Part shown: in pieces, positions 53,376-64,000 of the stretch
Layout: every line of letters starts with the position of its first letter
Numbering within the stretch: the stretch's first letter is position 1
Assembly: GCA_020052375.1 (NCBI GenBank)
Contig: JAGVPG010000009.1
Span: forward strand, 30,192 to 94,191
Direction of reading: 5' to 3'
DNA length: 64,000 nt
DNA from: Actinomycetota bacterium
GTDB lineage: Bacteria; Actinomycetota; JAHEXW01; JAGVPG01
Translations under genes and position numbers: made by a program
The notes under the pieces: generated by a model
Told to the model about the DNA's origin: nothing
The model's database searches: none
Seen by the model: the letters and a program-made list of their open reading frames with translations, nothing else

Positions 53376-54749
53376 TTGAAGAAAGCGGTCATTCTTCTGG
53401 CGGCCGGACAAGGAAAGCGGATGAAGTCATCCCTTCCTAAAGTACTTCACCCCCTTTGCGGCAAACCCATGGTCTATTTCCTGAACAAAGCGGTAGGCGA
53501 GATGAGGCCGGACCGTTTTGTCATCGTGGTCAGCCCGAGGTCGGAGAACGGAGTCAAACAGGAAGTCAACCGCAAGGCGGAGATAGTCGTCCAGGGGGAA
53601 CCGCTGGGTACCGGGCATGCCGTGATCGTGGCCAGGGAACAACTTAGAGATTTTACCGGACCGGTACTTGTCATCTGCGGCGATACACCTTTGTTAAGCA
53701 GCGGGACTATGAAGGGCCTGCTCAAGACCCACGTTGAGAAAAAAGCGGTAGCGACCGTATTGACGGCAAAGGTAGAGAGTCCGCGAGGTTACGGCCGCAT
53801 AATACGCGGCAACGGCGGCATAAAAAAGATAGTCGAAGAGTCGGACGCGACGCCAAGCGAGCGCCATATAAGAGAGATCAATACCGGGACATACTGTTTT
53901 GAAGCGTCGGTACTGTTTGACGCGCTGAACTATCTGAAGCCGACCAATGTCCAGAATGAATACTATCTGACGGACATAATCGGCATGTATACCGAACAAC
54001 GATTGAAAGTCGTTGCGCACCAGGTAGAAGACGAGACTGAGATCCTCGGTGTCAATTCCCGGATAGAACTGGCGGATGCCGAGATGATCATCCGCGAGAG
54101 GATCAATGACGAACATATGAGCCACGGCGTCAGAGTGATACACCCCGCGTTGACATACATAGACGCCGATGTGAAGATAGGAAAGGATACCACTGTCTTT
54201 CCGCTTACATTCTTAAACGGAAAGACGTCGATCGGTGAAGGCTGCTCGATCGGCCCTTCGACGCGGATAACTGACTCTATCATAGGCAGCGGTTGCTCGA
54301 TCGAGTTTTCGGTCGTCAATGACGCAAAGATCGCGAAAGACGTAAGAGTCGGTCCCTATACGCACATAAGACCGGGCACTAAGGTATCGAACGACGCGAA
54401 GATCGGCTCGTTCGTGGAGATCAAAAAGACCATGTTGGGCAAGGGTAGCAAAGTACCTCACCTGGCATATATTGGAGATGCCGATATCGGCGACGACGTC
54501 AATGTGGGCGCCGGGACGATAACCTGCAACTACGACGGGATCAAGAAGAACAAGACGGTCATAGGGGGAGGCGCGTTCATCGGCAGCGATACGATCCTCG
54601 TCGCACCGATAAGGATCGGCAAGAAGGCCTATACGGGCGCGGGTTCGACTTTACGGAGAGATGTCCCGGATAGCGCCCTCGGTTATGAATACGCGGAACA
54701 GCGGGTAAAAGAAGACTGGGTCAAGAAACGGCGAACGAAAAAGAGTTAA
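53376..54749 (+). CDS. glmU: bifunctional UDP-GlcNAc pyrophosphorylase / GlcN-1-P acetyltransferase
   Basis: VILLAAGQGKRMKSSLPKVLHPLCGKPMV; C-terminal left-handed beta-helix hexapeptide repeats. Confidence 0.9.
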   Translation: MKKAVILLAAGQGKRMKSSLPKVLHPLCGKPMVYFLNKAVGEMRPDRFVIVVSPRSENGVKQEVNRKAEIVVQGEPLGTGHAVIVAREQLRDFTGPVLVICGDTPLLSSGTMKGLLKTHVEKKAVATVLTAKVESPRGYGRIIRGNGGIKKIVEESDATPSERHIREINTGTYCFEASVLFDALNYLKPTNVQNEYYLTDIIGMYTEQRLKVVAHQVEDETEILGVNSRIELADAEMIIRERINDEHMSHGVRVIHPALTYIDADVKIGKDTTVFPLTFLNGKTSIGEGCSIGPSTRITDSIIGSGCSIEFSVVNDAKIAKDVRVGPYTHIRPGTKVSNDAKIGSFVEIKKTMLGKGSKVPHLAYIGDADIGDDVNVGAGTITCNYDGIKKNKTVIGGGAFIGSDTILVAPIRIGKKAYTGAGSTLRRDVPDSALGYEYAEQRVKEDWVKKRRTKKS

Positions 54750-54763
54750 GGAAGGAGCGGAAG

Positions 54764-55750
54764 TTGCCAAAAGACGGTCAGAGACTGATGGTATTTTCCG
54801 GAACGGCAAATCCCGATCTCGGTCAGGAGATAGCCCAACACCTGGGCACAAAACTGGGTGAGGTCGAGATATCACGGTTTGCCGACAGCGAGATATACGT
54901 ACGTTTTATAGAGAGCGTCAGGGGCGCGCATGTCTTTGTCATCCAGTCTCTATGCCAGCAGGTCAACGACAATCTGATGGAGCTCCTTATCATGATCGAC
55001 GCCTTGAAAAGGGCGTCAGCCGGCACCATATCGGCGGTCGTCCCTTATTATGGTTACTCGAGACAGGATAAAAAAACGGTCGCCCGCGAGCCGATAAGCG
55101 CTAAGCTTGTCGCGGATCTGTTGACCGTTGCCGGAAGCGACAGGGTGCTGACGATGGACCTCCACGCCGGTTCCATCCAGGGATTTTTCGATCTGCCGGT
55201 CGACCACCTTACGGCTTTGCCGATAATCGCGGATTACTTTCAAAAGAAAGACCTCGAGGACCTCGTGGTCGTGTCCCCGGATGTGGGGAGGGTCAAGACC
55301 GCCAAGAAACTGGCGGATACACTTGGAGCGCATGTGGCCGTACTCGCCAAGAGGCGCCCGCCGCACTCTCTTGTGGACGACCAGATCGTCACGGCGGCGG
55401 AAGTTACACATATAATCGGAGATGTCGAAGGCAGGCACGCGATAATGATCGACGACATGATAGATACCGGAGGTACGATATGCCGGGGTGCCCAGACCTT
55501 GAAGAAAGCCGGCGCAAAGGATATATACGCAGCGTGCACACATGCCGTGTTTTCCGGATCGGCCATCGAGAACCTGAAGCTGTCTTGCATCAAGGAGATG
55601 GTCATCACCAATACTGTGCCTTTATCGATCGAGAAATGTATCGACAAGATAAACATACTGTCGGTCGGCCCGATCTTTGCGACAACGATACAGAACGTAT
55701 TTGAAGATAGGTCTATCAGCGAGATATTCGGAGGAACAGACCACGTTTAA
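54764..55750 (+). CDS. prs: ribose-phosphate pyrophosphokinase
   Basis: PRPP-binding DDMIDTGGTI, VVVSPDVGRVKTAKKLA. Confidence 0.9.
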   Translation: MPKDGQRLMVFSGTANPDLGQEIAQHLGTKLGEVEISRFADSEIYVRFIESVRGAHVFVIQSLCQQVNDNLMELLIMIDALKRASAGTISAVVPYYGYSRQDKKTVAREPISAKLVADLLTVAGSDRVLTMDLHAGSIQGFFDLPVDHLTALPIIADYFQKKDLEDLVVVSPDVGRVKTAKKLADTLGAHVAVLAKRRPPHSLVDDQIVTAAEVTHIIGDVEGRHAIMIDDMIDTGGTICRGAQTLKKAGAKDIYAACTHAVFSGSAIENLKLSCIKEMVITNTVPLSIEKCIDKINILSVGPIFATTIQNVFEDRSISEIFGGTDHV

Positions 55751-55906
55751 GAGCTGAAGGCTGAAGGATGAAGAGCTGAAGTCGCGTTGAGAGTACGGAT
55801 TATATGTGTTAGTCTTTGATACTACGCCAACCTTCAGTAACTAAATAGATATAAAGTCTGAAGATATCTTGGTTTTTCTTCAGCCTTCATCCTTCAGCTC
55901 TTCAGC
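55751..55906. repeat. long inverted repeat built from GCTGAAG heptamers (arms ~30 nt, 96-nt spacer) between prs and rplY
   Basis: Left arm GAGCTGAAGGCTGAAGGATGAAGAGCTGAAG (55751-55781). Right arm CTTCAGCCTTCATCCTTCAGCTCTTCAGC (55878-55906). At least 14 bp are perfectly complementary (GCTGAAGGATGAAG / CTTCATCCTTCAGC). Confidence 0.7.
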
Positions 55907-55929
55907 ACTTGGATAAGGAGTGATTAGTA

Positions 55930-56604
55930 GTGGAAGTGAAGTTGAAAGCGGTCAGCCGGATTCCGGGGACCAGAGGGGAACTTAATGTGGACCGGACGAA
56001 CGGCAAGATACCGGCGACGTTTTACGGGAAGATGGTCGATCCTGTGTCTATGTTCGTAGAGCTGCCGGATTTTCTGTCCGTTATCCACGGAGACGCGGGG
56101 ACTAACGTCATCCTCGAACTGGAGATCAAGGATGCTCCTCAAGTAAAGGGTAAACAGACGGTCATCATCAAAGATATGCAGAGGGATCCGATCAAAGGCG
56201 ATATCCTGCATATCGACTTCATGAAGATATCGATGGCCGAAGAGATCCAGGCGACCATTCCGGTCGTTATCTCGGGCGAGTCGACAGGTGTAAAGCTGGG
56301 TGGCGTATTACAGCACACGATACGCGAGGTGAACATCAAGTGTCTGCCCGGAAACATGCCCGATCAGTTCGAACTGGATGTGACGGAACTCGATATAGGC
56401 GACAACATCCATGTCTCCGACCTGCCTCAAATGGAAGGCGTTGAGGTCCTTGACGATCAGGAAGAGATCCTGGTCTCGGTCGTACCGCCGACCAAAGTCG
56501 AGGAACCTGTTGTAGCCGAGGAAGAGGAACTAGAGGAAGAAGAAGCGGCGGCGGAACCGGAAGTCATAGGCGAGAAGAAAGAAGAAGAAGCCGAACAGGA
56601 ATGA
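55930..56604 (+). CDS. rplY: 50S ribosomal protein L25 / general stress protein Ctc
   Basis: MEVKLKAVSRIPGTRGELNVDRTNGKIPATFYGK; acidic C-terminal tail. Confidence 0.85.
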   Translation: MEVKLKAVSRIPGTRGELNVDRTNGKIPATFYGKMVDPVSMFVELPDFLSVIHGDAGTNVILELEIKDAPQVKGKQTVIIKDMQRDPIKGDILHIDFMKISMAEEIQATIPVVISGESTGVKLGGVLQHTIREVNIKCLPGNMPDQFELDVTELDIGDNIHVSDLPQMEGVEVLDDQEEILVSVVPPTKVEEPVVAEEEELEEEEAAAEPEVIGEKKEEEAEQE

Positions 56605-57140
56605 CGACCTTCCTTGTCGTAGGATTGGGAAATCCCGGCACAGAGTATATATCAACGCGCCATAATATAGGTTTCCTGGTGGCTGAACGGATCGCCGACA
56701 GGTTCGGTATCAAATTCCGTATAGCTCCCTCGAATGCCCTGATCGCCGATATGCATGATGTCGATAGACGCATCCTTATCGTCAAACCCCAGACGTTCAT
56801 GAACTCTAGCGGTAGGACGGTGAAGATGCTACGCGACTGTTTCGATGTGCCGGTCGATCGGATATTGATAGTCCATGATGATATGGACGTACCCTTCGGA
56901 GAGGTCCGGTTAAAAGAGGCCGGAGGCTCGGCCGGTCATAAGGGCCTCCAGTCGGTCATCGATGAACTGGGGACGGAGGATTTTAAACGGTTGCGGCTCG
57001 GCATCGGACGGCCGCCGGGTAAGAAAGACCCGTCCGATTTTGTCCTTGAACCGTTCAAGTCCGGAGAAAAGAAAGAACTGGATTTTGTGATCGAAGAAGC
57101 CACGGAGATAGCCGTTAAAGTAGCTGAAAACCTGCAATGA
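56601..57140 (+). CDS. pth: peptidyl-tRNA hydrolase
   Basis: FLVVGLGNPGTEYISTRHNIGF; HNGL-type motif HKGL. Confidence 0.9.
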   Translation: MTTFLVVGLGNPGTEYISTRHNIGFLVAERIADRFGIKFRIAPSNALIADMHDVDRRILIVKPQTFMNSSGRTVKMLRDCFDVPVDRILIVHDDMDVPFGEVRLKEAGGSAGHKGLQSVIDELGTEDFKRLRLGIGRPPGKKDPSDFVLEPFKSGEKKELDFVIEEATEIAVKVAENLQ

Positions 57141-60100
57141 GCCTCAAGGACCTTCTGGTCCGGATCGAAAAGGACCAGCAGTTTCTAAACCTTTTAAAAG
57201 AACTGAAAAGACCGCCTTATATAAACAGCGTGAGCCTGCGATCGTCAATAAGACCATTCGTGCTGTCGGCTATCGCGGACATGCTGCATGCCCCTGTTTT
57301 GATCATCACCTCGCGTCCGGGAGAAACCGAGGACCTGTATGAGAATATATCCGCTTTTTTAAAGGAAAGGGCTTTCCTCTTTCCTGGCCTGGATGTGATC
57401 CCCGGTGAAGACATAGGTCCGGATAAGGTGATCGTAGGACAGAGAAGCAACATCGTCGACCTTCTGTATTCCTCACATCCGATGGCCGTGATCCTTTCGC
57501 AAACGACATTTGAAGAAGGCGTGGGCTTTCTTAAGGTCGAAGACTTCAAACCGTTGACCATCAGGGAGGGCAAGGAGATCGACTTCGACATGCTTCTCAA
57601 GGGACTGGTCGGTCTCGGCTACGAACGGGTGTATATGGTGGAGAAGAAGGGAGAGTTCAGTGTCAGGGGAGGCATCGTAGATATCTACCCGGTGACGGAT
57701 GATGAACCTGTCCGGTTGGAACTCCTGGGCGACACTGTCGAGCAAATGAAGACCTTCAGCCTGGTCACCCAGAGGTCGGTCAAGAAGATCACGACCGCGA
57801 CTATATATAATACAGTCGAGACACACCGCAAAGGGCGGACGAAAACGCTGGCAGACTTCCTTCCACAGGAAGGCCGCATCATACTCGATGCGTCAGGTAC
57901 CGGCGGCGAAGAAACACCGTTCTTCAAACCGCGTCCACATCCTGTTTTCACAAAAGCCGGGAGCTTGACTGATTTCGAGTTTCTAAAGAAACACCTTCGG
58001 CATCTGGATGAAGAGGGCTTTAAAACGACTCTGGCGTTGGACGGTAAAGGCCAGGTGGAAAGATTCTCGGAATTGATCCGCGAATGGGGCATCACGTCTT
58101 CCAGGATAGACCTGACGGATACGGTACTTCAGGACGGCTTCATCCTGGATGAGATAAAGACGGCTGTAATGACCGATCGCGACATCTTCGGCCTTCATCG
58201 CAAGAAACGGCAGCTTAAGCAGAGCGGGCGGAAGACGTTCTTTGACCTGATGGATATCAAGGACGGCGATCTCCTGGTCCATATCTACCATGGCATAGGC
58301 GTATATAGGGGTCTCACCCAGAAAGAAGTGGACGGCATCAAACGCGACTATCTGGTCATTGAATACGCTGAAGGCGACAAGCTGTATCTGCCGAGCGACC
58401 AGATGAACCTTGTTCAGAGATATATCGGCGGCGAGGGCGTGAAGCCGTCCATCTACCGGTTGGGAGGACGGAGGTGGCAGAGTGTTAAACGCAAGGTCAA
58501 GGAGTCGGCCGAGGTCCTGGCTGCCAGCCTTCTCGAACTCTATGCCGAACGCAAGAAGGCGGAAGGGTTCGCCTTTTCACCGGACACCCCGTGGCAGCGG
58601 GAACTCGAGGATTCCTTTCCTTACCAGGAGACACCTGACCAGGCGGTCAGCATCCTCGACATCAAACGGGATATGGAAGAGATCGCCCCGATGGATAGGC
58701 TGGTCTGCGGAGATGTCGGTTATGGAAAGACGGAGGTGGCCATCCGGGCGGCTTTTAAAGCGGTCATGGACGGGAAACAAGTGGCGGTCCTGGTGCCGAC
58801 GACGATCCTTGCGGATCAACATTATCTGACCTTCAAGGAGCGTTTTCAGGCCTTTCCGATCAGGTTGGAGGTAGTATCGCGTTTGAAGACCGAAAAGGAA
58901 CAGAAAGTCATCCTTGAGGACGCGGAATCGGGGCGCGTAGACGTCTTGATAGGTACACACCGGCTCCTGCAGCCAGACATCAGATTCAAAGACTTGGGGT
59001 TGATCATCGTCGATGAAGAGCAGAGGTTCGGCGTCAAACATAAGGAGCATTTAAAGGAGCTAAGGAAGGATGTAGATGTCTTATCACTAAGCGCTACGCC
59101 GATCCCAAGGACATTGAACATGGCGATCACCGGCATACGCGATATGAGCATCATAGATACCCCGCCCGAGGATAGATATCCGGTATCGACGTACGTCGGC
59201 GAGTACAGCGACGCTATCGTGGCCAACGCGATAAAACGCGAGCTGTCCAGGGGCGGGCAGGTCTTTTTTGTACACAATCAGATCTATTCGATCGGCATGT
59301 TCGTCGAGAAGCTGGCGGAGCTTGTCCCGGAGGCGCGGATCGCTCTGGCACACGGTCGGATGCCGGAGAAAGCGCTGGAAAAAGTCATGATGGGCTTCTA
59401 CGCTCATCAGTTCGACGTTCTGGCCTCGACGACCATCATAGAATCCGGGCTCGACGTCCCGAATGCCAATACATTGATCGTCGATCGTTCGGATAAGATG
59501 GGCCTGGCGCAACTCTATCAACTACGCGGGCGCGTCGGCCGGGCGGACCGCCGGGCATTCGCATACTTTCTATATGCGCCTGGTACTGTGTTGAGCGACA
59601 CCGCGTTCCACCGGCTTGAGACGATCGCCGAGATGACAGAGCTGGGAAGCGGCTTCAGGATCGCTCTGAGAGACCTCGAGATAAGGGGCGCCGGCAACAT
59701 ACTCGGCAAGGAACAACATGGTTTTGTCAATGACGTCGGCTTCGAACTATACGCGGATCTGTTGAAAGAAGCGGTCGCCAGACTGCAGGGAAGACCATTG
59801 CCAAAACGGACGGACGCAAGGATAAATCTGCCGGTCGACGCGTATATCGCTAAAGACTACATAGGGGATGAGGCGCTAAGGGTGGATGCTTACAAAAGGA
59901 TCTCCGCCACGTCCAAGAAGCGGGAGGTGAAGGACATAGCGGATGAGCTTGAGGACAGGTATGGACCGTTACCGGACGCGACCAGAAACCTGCTTGATAT
60001 CGCGATACTCAAGGTGGTCGCGATCCGGCTCGGCATAAACCGCATCTCATATGAAGCGGGGAGGATCCGGCTGGCTCCATGCCGTCTGTCGGACCGGCGC

Positions 60101-60232
60101 GCGGGTAAGATAAGTGAAGAATATACGGGGACGAGATACAGAAAAGAGGAACACGCGTTATACGTAAAAGCCGCTCCGTCCGCGCAGATCGTGTCCTTGT
60201 TGACACAAATGCTGTGTGATATAATGACCTAA
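57137..60232 (+). CDS. mfd: transcription-repair coupling factor
   Basis: 1031 aa; DEAD-box helicase motifs (CGDVGYGKTEVA, DEEQRFGV); RecG-like and TRG motifs; UvrB-homology N-terminus. Confidence 0.9.
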   Translation: MSLKDLLVRIEKDQQFLNLLKELKRPPYINSVSLRSSIRPFVLSAIADMLHAPVLIITSRPGETEDLYENISAFLKERAFLFPGLDVIPGEDIGPDKVIVGQRSNIVDLLYSSHPMAVILSQTTFEEGVGFLKVEDFKPLTIREGKEIDFDMLLKGLVGLGYERVYMVEKKGEFSVRGGIVDIYPVTDDEPVRLELLGDTVEQMKTFSLVTQRSVKKITTATIYNTVETHRKGRTKTLADFLPQEGRIILDASGTGGEETPFFKPRPHPVFTKAGSLTDFEFLKKHLRHLDEEGFKTTLALDGKGQVERFSELIREWGITSSRIDLTDTVLQDGFILDEIKTAVMTDRDIFGLHRKKRQLKQSGRKTFFDLMDIKDGDLLVHIYHGIGVYRGLTQKEVDGIKRDYLVIEYAEGDKLYLPSDQMNLVQRYIGGEGVKPSIYRLGGRRWQSVKRKVKESAEVLAASLLELYAERKKAEGFAFSPDTPWQRELEDSFPYQETPDQAVSILDIKRDMEEIAPMDRLVCGDVGYGKTEVAIRAAFKAVMDGKQVAVLVPTTILADQHYLTFKERFQAFPIRLEVVSRLKTEKEQKVILEDAESGRVDVLIGTHRLLQPDIRFKDLGLIIVDEEQRFGVKHKEHLKELRKDVDVLSLSATPIPRTLNMAITGIRDMSIIDTPPEDRYPVSTYVGEYSDAIVANAIKRELSRGGQVFFVHNQIYSIGMFVEKLAELVPEARIALAHGRMPEKALEKVMMGFYAHQFDVLASTTIIESGLDVPNANTLIVDRSDKMGLAQLYQLRGRVGRADRRAFAYFLYAPGTVLSDTAFHRLETIAEMTELGSGFRIALRDLEIRGAGNILGKEQHGFVNDVGFELYADLLKEAVARLQGRPLPKRTDARINLPVDAYIAKDYIGDEALRVDAYKRISATSKKREVKDIADELEDRYGPLPDATRNLLDIAILKVVAIRLGINRISYEAGRIRLAPCRLSDRRAGKISEEYTGTRYRKEEHALYVKAAPSAQIVSLLTQMLCDIMT

Positions 60233-60273
60233 TGTTTTGTTAAAATACAATACCTACTGTTCAAGGAGGAAAA

Positions 60274-61203
60274 ATGAGGTTTAGGAGAGTTTTTACATGG
60301 GCTGTGTTGCTGACATTCGCTTTTAGCGCGATCGGGTGCAGCCTGTTCCAGAAGAACGCGGCTGTCGTCAACGGTGAAGGCATCCCGATGAAGAAGGTCG
60401 ACGACGAGTTGAATAAGATCGCGGCGCAGCACAAGACCGCCGAGCAGAAGAAGATCTTCCAGCAACAGAAGAAGGAGATCCAGAAGACCATCCTCGACGA
60501 CCTCATCAATAAGAAGCTATACGAGCAAGAAGCCTCGAAGATGGGAATAGACGTCACGGACAAAGAGGTCGACAAGGAGATAGAATCGACAAAGAAGCGG
60601 TTCCCCTCCGAATCGGCATTCCAAAAAGCCCTGAAAGACGCCAACTTCACAATGGACGATCTTAAGGAGTTCATCAAGAACAGCCTGGTCACAAAGCGCG
60701 TCAATGAGAAAGTGACCGGCAAGATCACGGTGACGGAACAAGAAGCAAAGGACTATTTCGACAAGAACAGCACCCAGTTCAAAGACCCTGAGCAGGTAAA
60801 GGTATCTCATATCCTGGTGAAGACGGAAGATGAAGCCAAGAGTGTAAAGAGTGAGATAGACAGCGGTTCGATCACGTTCGAAGATGCCGCCAAGAAGTAC
60901 TCGACGGATCCGGGCACCAAAGATAAGGGTGGCGACCTCGGTTTAGTTCAGAAGGGTCAGATGGCACCGGAGTTTGAAACTGCGGCGTTCGGCCTGGCGA
61001 TCGGTGTGGTAAGCGACCCGGTCAAAACCCAGTTCGGATGGCACCTGATCAAGGTCTTCGAAAAGAAAGAAGCCAGACAGAAGACATTCGACGAGGTAAA
61101 ATCCAGCATCCAGCAGATGCTTAAAGCCCAGAAAGAAAGCGACAAGGTCAAGAAGTGGCTGGACGGCGTAAAGAAAAAGAGCACGATCAAGAAGAACATA
61201 TAA
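60274..61203 (+). CDS. PpiC-type peptidyl-prolyl isomerase lipoprotein (PrsA/SurA-like)
   Basis: Lipobox AIGCS; parvulin core VSHILVKTEDEAKSVKSEI...GGDLGLV...FGWHLIKV. Confidence 0.8.
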   Translation: MRFRRVFTWAVLLTFAFSAIGCSLFQKNAAVVNGEGIPMKKVDDELNKIAAQHKTAEQKKIFQQQKKEIQKTILDDLINKKLYEQEASKMGIDVTDKEVDKEIESTKKRFPSESAFQKALKDANFTMDDLKEFIKNSLVTKRVNEKVTGKITVTEQEAKDYFDKNSTQFKDPEQVKVSHILVKTEDEAKSVKSEIDSGSITFEDAAKKYSTDPGTKDKGGDLGLVQKGQMAPEFETAAFGLAIGVVSDPVKTQFGWHLIKVFEKKEARQKTFDEVKSSIQQMLKAQKESDKVKKWLDGVKKKSTIKKNI

Positions 61204-61206
61204 GGG

Positions 61207-61236
61207 GAGCTAGTAGCAAGTAGCTAGTAGCTTGTA
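61207..61236 (+). repeat. heptamer repeat family D
   Basis: GAGCTAGTAGCAAGTAGCTAGTAGCTTGTAG. Confidence 0.55.
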
Positions 61237-61247
61237 GAAAAGCATAT

Positions 61248-61288
61248 GGGGGCGGATCTTTAAAGAAGGTCCGCCTCTTTTTTTTAAA
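61248..61288 (+). terminator. rho-independent terminator after the PPIase gene
   Basis: GGGGGCGGATCTTTAAAGAAGGTCCGCC hairpin followed by TCTTTTTTTTAA. Confidence 0.7.
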
Positions 61289-61353
61289 CCGGTCTGAATG
61301 ATAAAGTATGTAGCAGCCGACCTTTAGGTCGGCCATATCAAAGACAGGAAGCG

Positions 61354-63777
<2,424 letters not shown>

Positions 63778-63778
63778 G

Positions 63779-64000
63779 ATGAGACTCGCGGCGATCGACA
63801 TAGGGACGAATACAGTCAGGTTGAAGGTCTGCGACCTTGTCGATCAAAGGTTGAACGTCGTTGCACGCGGCATGGAGATAACCAGGCTGGGATATAAAGT
63901 GAACGAGGAAAAACGGCTGGACGACCGGGCCGTCGAACGGACAACGGATGTCCTTGCAAGGTTTAAACGTGATATCGACACGCTCAAAACCGACAAGTAT
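63779..64000 (+). CDS. Ppx/GppA family phosphatase, N-terminal part (continues beyond window)
   Basis: MRLAAIDIGTNTVRLKVCD... matches the Ppx/GppA N-terminal actin-like fold. Confidence 0.6.
   Translation, partial: MRLAAIDIGTNTVRLKVCDLVDQRLNVVARGMEITRLGYKVNEEKRLDDRAVERTTDVLARFKRDIDTLKTDKY

Overview
This 64-kb window is a bacterial chromosomal segment. Its housekeeping backbone has Firmicutes/Clostridia-like gene order: rsmI-abrB-metG ... ksgA-veg-ispE-spoVG, then glmU-prs-ctc(rplY)-pth-mfd-PPIase-mazG-eno-divIC. Everything was read by eye from the sequence and the ORF track; no similarity search, HMM or folding program was run. I identified six tRNA genes: Phe(GAA), Lys(UUU), Glu(UUC), Val(UAC), Asp(GUC) and Gln(UUG). 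There are two paralogous Ni-CO-dehydrogenase catalytic subunit genes (cooS). One is followed by a ferredoxin and a DUF1858 protein; the other by an unknown protein and an archaeal-type PEP carboxylase. c-di-GMP signalling genes are dense: three GGDEF proteins and two tandem PAS-GAF-HD-GYP paralogs. Other content includes a multiheme cytochrome c, an ArsA/GET3-like ATPase, a MoxR/DUF58/transglutaminase operon, an arsM module and mirrored ArsR-plus-membrane-protein modules. There is no CRISPR array and no transposase or integrase gene. The accessory signals I rate most highly are these. (1) About 16.7 kb (36597-53313) is inserted between spoVG and glmU; it starts at tRNA-Gln, and a 23-nt duplicate of the tRNA 3' end lies 400 bp downstream, which looks like an att site. 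(2) A low-GC pair of GIY-YIG-superfamily genes sits inside the tRNA cluster, bracketed by ~52-nt direct repeats. (3) A ~230-nt dispersed repeat occurs at two tRNA-adjacent loci in opposite orientation, with a third internally deleted copy. (4) An unannotated 39-aa Cys-peptide gene lies downstream of an ArsR gene and shares a C-x-C-G-C motif with that regulator's C-terminus. (5) Several families of short intergenic repeats, hairpins and operator-like palindromes recur. Family names such as DUF58, DUF362, DUF1858, DUF4352 and T5orf172 are recalled from memory and need confirmation.
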